In this document: positions 46,432 through 60,220 of the stretch, piece by piece
Layout of the letters: each line of letters opens with the position of its first letter
How positions within the stretch are numbered: the first letter of the stretch is position 1
Assembly (NCBI GenBank): GCA_965240325.2
Contig: OZ251232.1
Span: 992,001-1,056,000 of the forward strand
Length of the DNA: 64,000 nt
Source of the DNA: Rebecca billardiae RCC1528
Taxonomy: Eukaryota; Protista; Haptophyta
Direction of reading: 5' to 3'
Position numbers and translations under genes: made by a program
Notes under the pieces: generated by a model
The model's input: only the letters and a program-made list of their open reading frames with translations
Database searches by the model: none
What the model was told of the DNA's origin: nothing

Positions 46432-47815
46432 ATGGGCCGCGCGGCCGGCAGGGCGCGCGAGCTCGTGCTCATCACGGATCCTGGGCCGGACCCGGACGAC
46501 GTGAAGGTCTGCGCGTGCGCCCCCTCCTCCCGTTCGCTGCCGCCGCGCGTCGTCGCCGCGTGCGCCGCGCTGATCGCCCTTGTCCGCGCGCCCGCCCGCC
46601 CGCTGCGACTCGCCTCGCCGCCGCAGGCGATCCTGATCGCCGGCACGCTGCACAAGCGCGGCGACATCGTTCTGCGCCTCGTCGTCACGAACGGCGGGCA
46701 GCAGGCCCGCAATCGCGCGAGGCTCGCGCGCTGCCTGCTCGACGCTCTCGGCGTGCGCGCCGTGCCTGTCGCGGTCGGTAGCGCAGGCCGGCCGTACACG
46801 CCTGTCGCGCACGAGTACGCGCTCGCGGGGTACGACGCGGTGGACGAGGCGACGCTCGACCCGGACGCGCACGCCTCGCTCCTCGGCGTGCTGCGCAGCG
46901 CGCGCGAGCGCGCGCTCACCGTCGTGTGCATCTCGAGCCTCCGAGATCTGGCGGACGTGGCCGCGGCCGAGCCCGCGCTGCTGCTGTCCAAGGCTGAGCG
47001 CGTGGTGGTGCAGGCGGGGCTGGAGTACGACGAGGGCGCGGCGCGGTGGCGCCCCGACACGAGCATGAACAACGAGTTCGACCGCGACGCCGCCGCCGCC
47101 GTGTACGACTTCTGCTTCGGCCGCGGGCTGCCGCTGACCGTTGTCTCGCGCCACGCGGTGCCGCAGCTGCCGATGCAGCTGGCGCGCTCGTTCGCCGAGC
47201 GCACGGCGTCGCCCGTGATGGCGTACCTCGCGAACGCGCAGTTCCTCGGGCTGGCGGGCCTGTGGCAGAAGCTGTGCGCGGGCGAGCTCCCCGCGCGCTG
47301 CACCAAGCAGTGGTACTTTGAGACCTTCTGCGGCGTGCGCGCGAAGCAGTTTGCGTCGAAGGGGCTTCAGCAGCTGGGCGCGGACGCGGACATCGTGCCG
47401 CACCTGAACGGGTACGTGAAGCCGTACGACGTGTGCGCGCTGATGACGGTGCTGCCGGGCAAGCCGGGCGCGGCGTACGCCGCGTGCCCCGTCGCGGATC
47501 CGCGCACGCCGGCCTCGCCGCCGTCCGGCGCCGCGACGCGCTCGCCGCCGCAGCAGGCAGCGCCGGCGCCGCCGGCCGCGCAGCCGGCGGCAGCACACAG
47601 GCTGCACCTCACGGCCGAGCACGCGATCGGCGTGGAGCACGTGGTGCAGCTGCTGCGCAACGTGTACCACGACGTCGTGCTCGCCACCGCGCCCGAGCCG
47701 AAGCTCAACCCGCACCTCGCCCGGGCGCTCCCCACCGACAGGCGAGAGCTGCGTGCCAACTCGCTCGAGGGACCGCCACGGCTCGACGCGCCGTCGTGGC
47801 GCGGCCGGCTGCGGC

Positions 47816-47854
<39 letters not shown>

Positions 47855-49920
47855 CGGCGGACGCGGTGCTCAGCGCCGCGGAGATCATCGAGCTCTTCCA
47901 CCTCAGCCTCGCGCGCACGAGCGCGCGGCTGCAGCACGTCACCCGCGTCGCGTCCGCGGGCGGCGTGGCTCTCTTCCTGCTGTCGGTCGCTGTCGTGTTT
48001 TTGGCCTTTGACACGCCGCCGCCGCCGGGCGCGGGGCGCGAGCAGCTGGCGACGCGCGAGCTGGTGGGGCAGGCGGCGTTCAACCTGGCGGACCTCTCGA
48101 TCGCGCTGGGCGTGCTCGCCCTGCAGCCCATCGACTCGCACCGCGCCGCGACGCGCGCGACCACCGTCGCCATCGTCGCCGCCACGGTGCTCTACGCCGT
48201 CCCGGGGATCCCTCAGACGGTCGAGGCGCTGGGCTCCGACCCGCCGGGCGGGTACGGACTCTCGGAGGTGCGCGGCTGCAGCGAGGACATCAGCCGCGGC
48301 TGGCGGGTCGCGATGGGCGTGCGCCAAGGGCAGAGCATCCTCGTGTACTTCGGCTTCGACCTGTGGCTCGTGCTCGTGTGGCTGCGCACGCGCCGGCAGC
48401 CGGCGGGCATGGCGCAGGTCGTGCGCGTGCGCGCGCTCTGGACGGCGTGCATGCTCAACCTCGCGCTGCAGGCGTGCCCGCGCGCGCCGCTCCGGATCGC
48501 GCGCTGCTTCGACGCGCAGGCGCGCGGCGAGGGCAACCCGCCGTGGTTCCTCCCGTGGCTCGTCCCCATGTACGCCCTCGCGCTCGCACTCAACTGCCTG
48601 ATGCTCGCGCCAGGCGGCCGGCTGCGAGTGCAGGGGCTGCTAGCGCGCTCGGCGTGCGCCGGGCGCGGGGCCCTAGCGCGGCCGCGCGCGCACGCAGAGG
48701 CCGCGCTCGCGCCGCTGATCGGGTACGGCTCGCTCACCGCGCTCGAGCCCTCGCGCGTCGTGCCCGAGGCTCTGCGCAACCTGCGCGCCGCCAGCCTCGG
48801 GCCAGACGCCCTGCGCTACGCGCGCTTAAGCGGCGGCGGCGGCGGCGGCGGCGGCGGCCGGGCCGACAGCGGCGGCGGCGGCGGCGGCGGCTGGCCTGAC
48901 AGCGGCGGCGGCGGCGGCTCCTCGCGCCATGGCTCGGAGGTGAGCCGCGGCTCGGACGGCGGGAGCGAGGCGCCGCTCACGCCGGGCAGCTGCGCCCGCC
49001 GCTCCCCCAGCTCGCTCTCGAGCCGGCTCGGCGGCCGGCTCAGCCTCTCGCTCAGAACGACCGGCGCGGCGGTGCGCAGCGCGACCGCGTCGCTGCGGCC
49101 GCCGCGCGCTGCGTTCAACGCGCCGACCACGCTCGTGGACCTGCGGCAGGACCGCGCGCTGCGGCCGGAGGTGCTGGACGCGTTCGTGCTCCACTCGGAC
49201 ATCGACGCGGAGGCGGAGCGGCGCAGCGCGCTGCGCCGCTGGGCGCGCACCTTCCACGCGCGCCACGGCCGCTACCCCGCGGTCTGGCTCGACGCGCTGT
49301 GCGCAGACCCGGTGCTTGACCGGCGCGAGGCGCTGGCGCACGAGGTGGTCGCGATGTGCCGCGCGCGCACGCTGCTCTGCCTGGTGGGCACGAGCTTCGT
49401 CGCGCGGCTCGCGTGCATCGGCCGCCTCCTGGCGTGGCGCGCGACGGGCGGCTCGCTCGAGGATGTCGAGGTGCTCGTCGTCGGCCGCTCCGAGGCGGAG
49501 TACCGCGCCGTCGTCGCGGCCGTCGATGCGTTCCACGTCGTGTATGCCGAGCACAACCGCCCTGACGCGCCGGCGGCCGGCGGGGGCTCGGCGGGCGCGG
49601 CGCGCGGCGGGCGCGGCGGCGCGCGCGCGCGCATCAGCGGGGCGCGCGACGACCAGGGCCCGCTCGTCCACTCGATCGAGCTCGCGGGCCCGCCGAGCGT
49701 GAACGAGCTCGTGCGCTCGCTGCTGCCGCCCGTGCAGCGCGCCGCGGACGAGGCGATCGCCGCGCTCGCGGCCGCGGGCGGCGGCATGATCAGCGCAGGG
49801 GACGACTCGTCCGCTGAGAGCGCCGGCGCCGCCGGGCGGGCCTCCGTTCTGGACGCGGTCGCGCCAGCCAGAGCCGGCGGCGTCGCCGGCGGGCAGGACA
49901 AGCTGCGTGCCCGCGTCTAG
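46432..49920 (+). CDS. Nucleoside hydrolase-like domain + multi-pass TM region + degenerate TIR-like domain; in-frame intron 46507..46626
   Basis: LITDPGPDPDDVK|AIL (IU-nucleoside hydrolase-like Asp motif) and NNEFD; about 6 hydrophobic helices; C-terminal DAFVLHS...ALRRW...GRYPAVWLDALC...LLCLVGTSFVARLAC. Confidence 0.68.
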
Positions 49921-50040
49921 CGGGCGCTACAGTAGCGGCGGTCATCAGTGACGAAGCCTCAGCGATGCGCCATGATCAGGACCCAGAGCGGGCGAGAGCC
50001 GCCATCTTGTCGTCGAATAAAAGCGCGCCAGCAGCCCAGC

Positions 50041-51164
50041 ATGGCGCCCGACGTCCAAGACGATGACAAAGATGATGATGGCGATGATGATCTCTCGTGG
50101 CTGGCGGCGGAGGTGCGCGACCTGTGGGTGCCACGTGGCGCGCACGCCGTGCCTCGCCTCCCCGCTCCCCCCGACCCGCTCGACTTTCTGCGCGCGCACG
50201 TGATGATGAGCGTGCCGTGCATCGTGCGCGGCGGCATGGACGGGCCCGAGTGGTCGCGCGCGCGCGCGTGGACGATCGACTCGCTGGCCGCGCGCATGGG
50301 CGACGCTGAGGTGAGCATCAACGTGACACCCGACGGCCTGGGCGACGCCGTGAAGCGCGAGGGCGGCGCCGCCCTCTTCGTCAAGCCCGAGGAGCGGCGC
50401 ATGCCCTTCTCGCGCTTTGCGGAGCTGCTGCGCGCGGGCGCGGACGCGGCGGGCGAGGTGGTGTACCTGTCGGAGCAGAACGACAACCTGCGCACGGAGC
50501 ACGCGGCGCTCGTCGAGGACGTGCCCGCGTCCGTCGACTGGTTCGCCCGCGCCGTCGGCTGCGAGCCCGAGGCGCTCAACCTCTGGGTCGGCGACGCGCG
50601 CGCCGTCACGTCCGCGCACTCAGACACGTATGAGAATCTGTACTGCGTGCTGGCCGGGTGCAAGCGCTTCACGCTGCTCCCGCCAACCGACCCGATCGGC
50701 GAGGACCTGCTCGAGCGCGCTCCGGCGCGGTACGTGCGCGCGCCCGGCGGCGCGTGGGCCATCGAGCGCGACGCGCCCGGCCCGGGCCCGGCGCGTGTCC
50801 CGTGGATCGAAGCGGACCCGGCCGACTCGGCGCAGCTGCGCGCCGGCTCGGCGGCCGTGACGATCGACGTGCGCGCGGGCGAGATGCTGTACCTGCCGTC
50901 GATGTGGTACCACCGCGTGACGCAGACCGAGCCCACCATCGCCGTCAACTACTGTGCGCGCGCGCGCGCCCAGGCCGCGCCGCGCCGCGCGCCGCACCCG
51001 CCTCTGTGCCACGATCGCGCCGCGCGCTCATGCGCCCCGGCTGCGTCGTGGCGCGCGCAGGGCACGACACCATGGCTGCAGGCGTCAGCCCCGTGCAGCT
51101 GTTCGCGCAGTTCGTCCGCCGGCTGCAGCGCCGGCGCGCGCAGCAGACCGCGGCTGCCTCATGA
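50041..51164 (+). CDS. JMJD7: JmjC/cupin-like hydroxylase, JMJD7-like; exons join(50041..50953,51061..51164)
   Basis: VTPDGLGDAV, YLSEQNDNL, NLWVGD...SAHSDTYENLYCV, KRFTLLPP, GEMLYLPSMWYHRV; splicing restores IAVNYWHD. Confidence 0.85.
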
Positions 51165-51706
51165 CCGCCCCGCTTTTGTCGCGGGGCTGCCGTGTGACCG
51201 TGTCTGCCTGTGCGTGCCGTGAACGGCTTCGTCGACAGAATGTGCGCCAGCCGACTACAGGTCCTCGATTCCAACCGCATCGCCTGCACCACAACGTACC
51301 ACATGATGCGCGTCACGGGCTCTGCCAGACGTCGCAGCCCCCGGGTGTCACGAGTCGAGTCAGGTGGCGCAGCCGGAAACTGGAAAGCCGCGCCCAAAAC
51401 TCCAAAAGGCCAATTGCCGATATAAGACGGCCATTGTCCGGGCAGGCACAGCCGCGTGCACCGGACGCCACGCGCGTTGTTGAAACGTCTTGTCCGTTTC
51501 GAGCTCGGCGAAAGGCGCGGGCCGAAATTTGGCCAATTCCCCTATTGAGCATGAACCCGCTCACGGCCGCATCATCAAGGAGGCTCGGAACTGTGCGAGC
51601 CAAAAGGCATCGCCGCTCGTTCGCACCACCCAGCGCTCGGGACTGCCGACGAGAGGCTCGCCTTTCAGCCAGCTCGCGCGCCCGGGGACGAGTGCGCCGC
51701 GCGGCG

Positions 51707-54700
51707 ATGCCGATCGGACGCGTGCCCACGGCGAAGCCGACCGCCATGCGCGGTGGCACCGGCTCCTTCGCCGCCGCCCCCGAGCCGCCGCGCCCTCGGC
51801 TCGGCGACGAGGGCGGCGAGCGCAAGGTCTCGTTTGGCAAGCTGCCGGCGTACGCGGGCGCCGACGGCGCGCCGAGCAGCTCGTACGCGCACGCGGAGGG
51901 CGCGAGCGTGGCCGAGCCCGCGGAGACGAGCGAGTACGACGAGATGCTCGCGCTCCTCAGCCCCGGCGCCTCGGCCGAGCACCGCGCCTCCAACGTCGAC
52001 GTCTCTCAGCACGAGAGTGAGTATGTGAGTGAGACCGCGCTGAGCGCGCTCACCGCGAGCGCCGAGGCGCACGGCGGTGGCGCGTACTCGGGCTCGTACA
52101 CGGTGGACTCGCGGTACGCCGCCTCCGCCGGTGCCGAGCACACCTACGCCTCCGACGCGCGCCACGAGAGCGCGTCCTCCGCGCAGTACGACGCGCGGCA
52201 CGAGCGCGCGGCCGCCCTGGCCTCCGAGCACGGCGCCGGCGCGCACGCGCACGGCGCCGAGCAGCCGCACGCGCCCGCGGAGGTGCGCCGCGAGAACTCG
52301 CGCGGCGAGCTCGGGTACATGCCGCGCGTGGTGCCCCGCGTCGGCTCGCAGGGCCGGCTGCTCGAGTCCGTCGCGGTGCACAAGCACCAGCTCGGCTCGT
52401 CGTCTCGCTCGTCATCCTACTCGCGGCTGCACGGGCCAGAGAAGGAGTCCAAGGTGGTGGTGATGGGCGTGGGGCTGCGCCCGATGGTCGAGACGACGCT
52501 GAGCCACTCGTACGGCTACCAGCCGCCGCGCCGCCCGTTCGAGACCAAGGGGCGCGCGCGCACGCCCTCCGCCGCGGACGAGCGCCGCTCGAACCGGGCG
52601 TCCGATGCTGGCCGCTCGGCGCGCGCGTCCGGCGCAGACGCGCACGCGCACGACGGCGCGGCGGAGGCGCGCGGGTACGACGACGCGGGCGTCGCGGAGG
52701 CGCAGCGGCGCGCGCAGTCGGCGCCGCGCGTGCGCGTGAGCGGCACCTCGCCCGAGCGCGACGCGGCGGACGCGGCGGCCGAGGCGTCGCGCGCGCCGCG
52801 GCACGCGCTACCTCACCCGGCGTTGCCTGCGCACGGCTCGGCGGCGGCCGGGCTGCGCGACGACGACCCGCTGCGCAAGCTGCTGCCCGACGACGGCGGG
52901 ATGGGCAACCTCCTCGCGTACCAGGCCGCGACGGTCGCGGCGGCGCGCGAGGGCCGCGAGGTGATCACGGCGGGCCCGCGCGCCGGCCGCGCCGCCGGCA
53001 CCGACGACGCGGACGCGCCCGCGTCGCCGCACCCGTTGCGCTCGATCGCGGCGGGCGCGGCCGCTGTGGGCGACGCGCGGCCGCGCGCGCACGGCGGCGC
53101 GGTCGACGTGGGCTCGCTCACGCTGCCCGCGCCGGGGGCCTCGGACGCCGACGAGCTGCTCCCCTCGCCCTCCCTCCGCGGCGCGCCGCGCGTGGGCAAC
53201 GCGGTGGAGGAGATGGATCGGCGCGAGAGGCGCGCGCGGCGCGAGCGCCAGGCGGCGGAGGAGGCGGCGGCGCGGAGCAAGCAGCAGCGCGAGGCGGCGG
53301 GGCTGTCGGCGGCGCGCGGCGCGACGTACGTCTCCGACTCCACGAGTACCACGGCGGACGCCGCGTCGATGACCAGGGCGGAGGCGGCCGTCTCGGCCTA
53401 TTCGTCCGCGACCGCTCATCACTCCTCCGCCTCTGCGTCGGCGGCGCGCGCCGCTGTCGACAGCTCGGTGGGTGCGAGCTATGCCGAGCGCGGCACGGGC
53501 TCTTCCGAGGCGATCTCGCCCGGCATCGTGCCCGGAGGCCGCTTCGGCCCGCCGGACGCCTTCCAGCGCAACCCCTCGTCCGCGTACGTGCTGCCACCCG
53601 CCGCCGGCGGCGGCGGCGGCGGCGGCGTCGGCGGCGGCGCGCCCTCACCCGGCTTGCGCGCGCGCTCGCCGTCCGACCGCTGGGGCAGCGCGGCGCCGGC
53701 GATTCCGGAGGAGCCGTACGAGCCGACGCCGGGCGGCGAGCAGCGTGCGGGCGTGGGGATCGTCGTGCACCGCGCCTCCGCCTCGGACGCCGCCGAGAGC
53801 GCGAGGCGCGAGGCGGCCGCGTACGCTGAGGCGGAGGACGCTCGGCTCGGCGCGGAGTTTGGCGCCGCGGCCGCCGACGATTCGGAGCGCCATCGGTTGA
53901 GCGAGCTCGAGGCGAAGACGCGCGCCGCGGCGGCAGGCGAGGGTCTGATGGGCTCGCCCAACGTGCGCATGGCGGTGACGCACTGGGAGGCGGGCGGCAG
54001 CTCGACCAACCCCGCGGGCGGCGCCACCTCGATCGAGATGGACGTCCCCGCCACCTCCGCGCCGCGGCCGCACTCGTCCGGCCGCCGCTCCAACGCGTCG
54101 CGGCTGTCCGGGCAGTCGAACATCTCGATGTTCTCGTACGGGCAGGGCGGGCAGGGCGCCAGCCTCGGCGCGACGCGCGGCACCGAGCCCGGCGCGGAGC
54201 AGGACGCGGAGTACGACGACTTTGACGAGATCCTGCTGCAGGCCGCGGCCGCCACCACCATTCAGGCGGGCGCGCGCGGGCTGCACGCGCGCCGCAGCTC
54301 GCTCGAGGGCTCCGGCGGCTCCGAGGGCGGGCTGGAGGGGGCGTCGGCGCAGCAGCGGAGCACGGTCGTCACCACCACCACCGTGCGCACCACCACGGTC
54401 AACGCGCAGTACACCCTCGCCCGCGGCGGGCCGGGCGGGCACGGCAGCTTCATGTCGGCCGAGCGGCTTGCGCTGGAGGAGCGGCTGCGGCTGCAGGAGC
54501 GCCAGTTGGCGGAGCAGGAGGCGGCGGCGGCGCGGATCCAGGCGCACGCGCGCGGGTACGTGGTGCGCCGCGCGTACACGGAGCACGACCTCGCCGACGC
54601 CGCGCGGCGCGCGCAGCACCACCACCCGCCGCACCCCGAGCCGCCGGCGGTGCAGACCACCGCGCAGCTGCGCGCGCTCGAGCGAGAGCACCTGCGCACG

Positions 54701-57700
54701 CAGGCGCGCGTCATCCTGCGCACGCAGGTGGGGCAGAACGCGGTGGCGGACCTGCGCGCGCGGAAGGCGGCGGTGGACCGGCAGAAGTCGGACTCGCACC
54801 TGCACGAGCGCGCGCACGACGCCGCCACCGCCATCCAGGCGCGCGAGCGCCAGCGCGTCGCGCGCCACCGCTACCAGTCTGAGCGCGCGCTGCTGCGGGA
54901 GCACTCGGCCGCGGTCGAGATTCAATCTCGCGAGCGGCAGCGCGCGGCCGCGGCGGCGTACAAGAAGCAGCGCAGCATCCGGCGGCGGGTGGAGCACATG
55001 CGCACGCTGCTCGCGCGCCGGCGCGAGGCGGCCACGCGAATCCAGGCCTCGTACCGCCGCCAGTCCGCCGCGATCGAGGCCGAGATGCGGCGCGCGGCGC
55101 GCGTGCACGCGCACGAGGCGGGGGCGGCCATGCTGATCCAGGCCGACTACCGAGGCCACCAGGTGCGGCAGCTGGTGCGCGAGCAGACGGACGCGTCGAT
55201 CGTCGTGCAGGCGGGGTACCGCGGCCACCGCGCGCGCTCGCACCTCGAGCAGGAGCAGCACGCCGCCGCCGTCATCCAGGCGGGCGCGCGCGGGCGGCGC
55301 GCGCGCGCGCGCACCGAGCGCCGGCGCCGGCACGCGGCCGAGCGGCGCGCGCGCGCCGAGGCGCGCGCGGCCGCGCGCGCCGCGTCGGAGGCGGAGCGGC
55401 AGCGGCAGCTCGAGGAGGAGGCGGCGGCGCAGGTGCAGGCCGGGTACCGCGGCCACCGCGCGCGCACGCAGCTTGAGCAGGAGCAGCACGCCGCCGCCGT
55501 CATCCAGGCGGGCGCGCGCGGGCGGCGCGCGCGCGCGCGCAGCGCGCGCCGGCGCCGGCACGCGGCCGAGCGGCGCGCGCGCGCTGAGGCGCGCGCGGCC
55601 GCGCGCGCCGCGTCGGAGGCGGAGCGGCAGCGGCAGCTCGAGGAGGAGGCGGCGGCGCAGGTGCAGGCCGGGTACCGCGGCCACCGCGCGCGCACGCAGC
55701 TCGAGCAGGAGCAGCACGCCGCCGCCGTCATCCAGGCGGGCGCGCGCGGGCGGCGCGCGCGCGCGCGCACCGAGCGCCGGCGCCGGCACGCGGCCGAGCG
55801 GGCGGCGCGGCGCGCGGCGCGCGCGGCGGCGCGCGCCGCGGCGGCGGAGGCGCGGCGCGCGCGGCTGGCGGAGGGCGCCGCCGAGTCGGACGAGCCGCCG
55901 CCCACCGACACCGAGTCCGAGGGCAAGGACGACGACAACGACCCTTACGGCGACGGCGACGACGACGACGACGATGACGGGCGCGCGTGGTCTCCGCCCG
56001 TTCGGCTGCGCGGCGGCTCGCCCGAGCGGCCGTTCGAGCGGCCGCCGCCGTCCAAGCCGCGCGGGACGAGCGCGGCGTCGACGGGCCGCACGCCGCTCGA
56101 CGTGCTCGCCATCGAGTTCGCCCACGCCGACGCGCGCGCCGCCGAGCTCGAGGGGCGGCGCGAGGCGTATGAGGCGCAGGCGGACGCAAAGGTCGCCGAT
56201 CTCCAGTCTGAGATTGCTGACACGCGGCGCGCGGTGCTCGAGGCGAACCCGGCGCCCGAGCTCGAGGGGCGGTTCGGCCGGGGGCCGGAGGCGCGCGCGG
56301 AGGCGGAGGCGCGCGCGCGGCTCAAGGCGCTCGAGAAGAAGCTCGCCGAGTTCGAGACCGTCGCCGCGCGCCGCCTCCTCGCGCTCGACGCGGACGCGGG
56401 CCGCGAGCGCGCGCGCGCCGACGCGCTCAAGCAAGCCTTCCTGGAGGCGGCGGAGGGCGACGCGGCGGCGCTGGCGATGGTGGGGCTGAGCGCGGCGGAC
56501 GCGCGCGCGGCGGCGGCGCAGGCGGGGGCGAGGGAGGAGGGCGGCGCGCGCGCGCGGCGCAGGCCCATGTCCGCCGAGCTGCGCCTCGACGCCGACGGCG
56601 GCGCGATGGACGGCGGCAGCGGCGGCGCGGGCGGCGCGGGCGCGCGCGGCGGCGGGCGCGCGCACGCGTCGCGCGGCGCGGGCGCGCAGCAGCAGCACGG
56701 CGGCGCGAGCTGGCACGGCGGCATGTCGCGCGAGATGTCGCGCGAGGAGTTCTCGCGCGGGCGCGAGAGCGCGCAGGCGAGCGGCCGCGCGCGCGGCGTC
56801 GCCGCTGCCGAGGTGGACGTCGCCCGCGCCGAGCTTGTCGCGCTGCGCGCCGAGCTGGCGCGCACGCGCGCCGCGGCCACGCAGGCGAGCGCCGAGCGCG
56901 ACGAGAGCCGAGCCGAGTCCACCGCGGCGCTGCGCGAGCTGACGGCGGCGCTGGAGGCGGCGCGCGCGGCGCTCGCGGCCTCCTCGTCGCAGCACTCCGC
57001 CGAGAAAGCCGACGCCGCCGCGCGCGTGCGCGAGCTTGAGGCTGCGCTCCGCCGAGCGCAAGACTCCGCGGCCGCGTCCGCGGCCGAGCTGGCCGACGCG
57101 CACGCCGAGCGCGCGGCCGCGGTGCGGAGGCTGGAGGGCGAGGTGGCGTCGGCGGCGCGCCGCGAGCGCCGCTCGCAGGAGACGCTGGTCGCGGTGGACC
57201 GCGATGCCGCGGAGCGCGCGACCGGCGCGCACGCCGCGTCGAGCGCCCCCGCCATCGCCGTCCAGCCGCCGTCGCACGGCCGCGGCGCGAACGGCAGGCT
57301 GGGCGTGCCGGACTCGGCGGCGGGCGGCGGCGGCGGCGGCGCGGACGACGGCGCGTCCGACGCGGCCTCGTCCGTCGCGCCGCCGCCGCTGATCACGCCG
57401 TCCGACTCGGCGGTCCTCGTCGGCGCGGCGGGGCCACAGCTCAAGCGGCACGACTCGGCCGACGACGTGATCGACTACCACGCCCACGGAAACTACCACC
57501 AGACCGGCGGCGCGGCGCGCGGCGCGGGCGCGGGCGCGCGGCACGGCGGCCGGACGGGCACGGCGTCGCGCTCGCCGAGCGCGGCGTACGGCACGGCGTA
57601 CGGCGGGCGCGCGGGCGGCGGCGCCGGCGGAGGCGCGGGCTCGCCCAGCGCGTCCGCGGGCACGCAGACCGCCAAGCCGCCCGCGCCTCTCCCGTCGCGC

Positions 57701-60031
57701 GCCGAGCTCGCGCCCAAGCGCGGCGAGGCGGCGGTGCAGGCGTCGCCGCCGCGGCACGCGTCCGTGCAGACGAAAGGCCAGCCGGTGGACGAGTCGACGC
57801 AGGCGGTGCCGTCGCGCACGCGGCGGGTGCAGGCGAGCGAAGCGGAGCTGGACGAGGCGTCGGGCCGCGCGCGCCGCGCCAACCCGCGCGCACGCCCGCT
57901 CTCTGCCGGCGGCGGCGGCGGCGGCGCGCAGCCTGCCGGCCTCCGGCACCGCTCGCCACCCGGCGTGCCGTGGCGGCCTGGCGGCGGGCGCGACGACGAG
58001 TACGTGCCGGGCGTGCACGAGTCCGTGGTGATCAACTGGGCGGGCTCGCTGCGCAACCTCTCGCCCGCGGAGCGCCGCGCCGCGCTCCTCGAGCTGCGCG
58101 AGAAGGAGCACGCGTGGGGCCGGCGCCGCCCCTCGCCCGCGCAGTCGATGCGCAACCCGCGCGCCCACGCCGACCCCGTGCGCGCGCCCTCGTGGCGCGC
58201 CACGCGCTTCTCCGAGTGGCCGCAGGTGTGCGCCGCGCGCGCGCACACGCGCGGGAGGGGCGGCCCGGCGCGCGGGGCAGCGCGCACGCCCGGTCGGGGC
58301 GCACACCCGCCGCGCGCCACCGGCTCACCCTAACCCCGTGCGACGCGCCGCCCGCGCCCGGCCCGCCGCGCGCGCCGCCGCGTGTGCGCGCGTCGGCCCA
58401 CGACCCGCCTGCCTGCCCGTGGCGGTGTCCGCTCAGGAGGAGCGCAAGCGCCTCGAGTACCGGCAGCGGCGGCAGCGCGAGAACCTCTTTGAGCGCTCGC
58501 ACGACGACGACGCCTCGGCCGCGGGCATGTCCACCGCGGGCTCCACCGGCAACCTCTCCGCGCGCGGCGGCGGCGCGCCGCGCGCCGCGAGCGCGCCGCG
58601 CGTGGGCTCCGTCGAGCGCCGGCCGCTGAGCGCGCGCGGCGCGGGCGGGCACGGCAGCTTCTCGCGCGGCGGCGGCGGCTTTGAGCTCGAGCATCAGCAG
58701 CAGCAGCAGCAGCACGCCTCGGCCTCCGAGCACAAGCAGCACGGCAGCTCGGCGCATCACGCGACGGCACACACGGCCTCCGCCCAGCAGCACCAGCAGC
58801 GCAGCAGCTCGAGCCACCAGCGCACACTCACCACGTGGACGACGACGACGACGACGACGGGCGCGAACGGCGCCGTCCTCAGCAGCCACACGACGCAGCG
58901 CCACGCGTCCGCCTCCGCCTCCGCGCGCGCGGACGGCGGCGCGGCCGGCGCCGCGCCCGCGCGCCCAGGCCGCATCACCCAAGCGACCCGCAAGCGACTC
59001 GAGCGCAACGCGTCCGCGCAGTCGATGGCGTCGATGACGACGCACGCGGACGGCGGCGGCGCGCGCGGCGGCGGGCGGCAGCTCGCGGCGCCGCGGCGCG
59101 CCGCCGATGCCGAGGGCGCGCCCAGCACGCCGTCGCCCAGCCCGGCGGGCGGCGGCGGCGGCGGCGGCGCGCAGCAGGGCGATGCGTCGGCCGGCGCGGG
59201 CGCGGGCGCGGGCGCGGGCTGGGCGCTCGTCGGCTCCGCCCTCGCGCGCATCAACTCGGGGCTCTTCAGCGGCGCCGAGGCGCCAATCCCGCCGCCGGTG
59301 CAGCCGCCAGCGTCGCCCGGCGGCGCGGGCGGCGCGGCGCACGCCGGCGGCGCAGACAGGCCGGCGACATCCCCGGCGGGCAGCCCGGCGCCGGACGGCG
59401 GCGGCGGCTCGGCGCGGCGGCGCTCGGCCGCCCCGGCGATGCTCCGCCTGCTGGTCAGTCTCAACGACCAGCGCGAGTACACGCGGCTGTGCGTGGTGAG
59501 CGTGCCCAAGGAGGGCGATGCGGACATGGAAGTGCGCGCCGCGCGCGCGCACGCGCGCCGCGCGTGGCAGCGGAGGCGCAGCGCGCTCACGCACGCCCCG
59601 CGCGCCCCTCGCTCGCTCGCCCTGGCTCGCTCGCGCGCGCCGACGGACCTCAGTCGGTGCTCGCGCAGGTGGACAAGCAGATGGGCCTGACGGGCATGCT
59701 GCGCAAGGCCGAGGGTCTGTACACGCAGTCGGGCGTGCGGCTCAGCTCGGGCTCGACCGTGCGCAACGACCAGCACCTCATCGTCACGACCGAGGGCACG
59801 CACGCGCGCTTCTACTCGGCGGCCGAGCTCGAGGCCAACTACATGCCCAACACGAGCGTGCGGCGGCAGCGGCAGCGCGCCGAGCAGACGACGGACGGCG
59901 CGGACGGCGACGCGGACCAGCCGACGCGGCCGGCGGTGCGGCTCAGCGCCGGAGGCGGCGGTGCAAACGGGCACACGTCCGGCCGCTCCTCCCGCTCCGG
60001 CTCGGTGCCGCGCCGTCGGTGGGTCGGCTAG
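51707..60031 (+). CDS. Large IQ-motif coiled-coil protein with C-terminal doublecortin-like domain; exons join(51707..58225,58437..59531,59654..60031)
   Basis: Many IQ motifs (IQAGARG, IQAHARG, IQADYRG, VQAGYRG) and coiled coils. Two GT-AG introns keep the frame. The C-terminal KAEGLYTQSGVRL...NDQHLIV..EG..F resembles DCX. Confidence 0.75.
55205..55800 (+). repeat. 228-nt (76-aa) coding tandem repeat, ~2.6 copies, two IQ motifs per unit
   Basis: GTGCAGGC.GGGTACCGCGGCCACC recurs at 55205, 55433 and 55661. Confidence 0.9.
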
Positions 60032-60220
60032 CAGCACGGTGGAATATGGCCGGTCGTGCGACGCCTGGCATTGTCGTATATTCATTGTGGCAGCGACGAC
60101 GCGCTGTCGCCTGCTGTCTGCTCAGCCTGTCGTCATGCATCGTCATGACTCATCATGTAGTAGCAGTAGTCATATATCGTCGATCAATATACGCGCTACT
60201 ATACGTAGTACGCGCGAGTA

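Noticed and set aside
53645-58306. 1553-aa antisense ORF, and similar ones opposite other genes
   Set aside because: Shadow ORFs of GC-rich sense genes, with no motifs.
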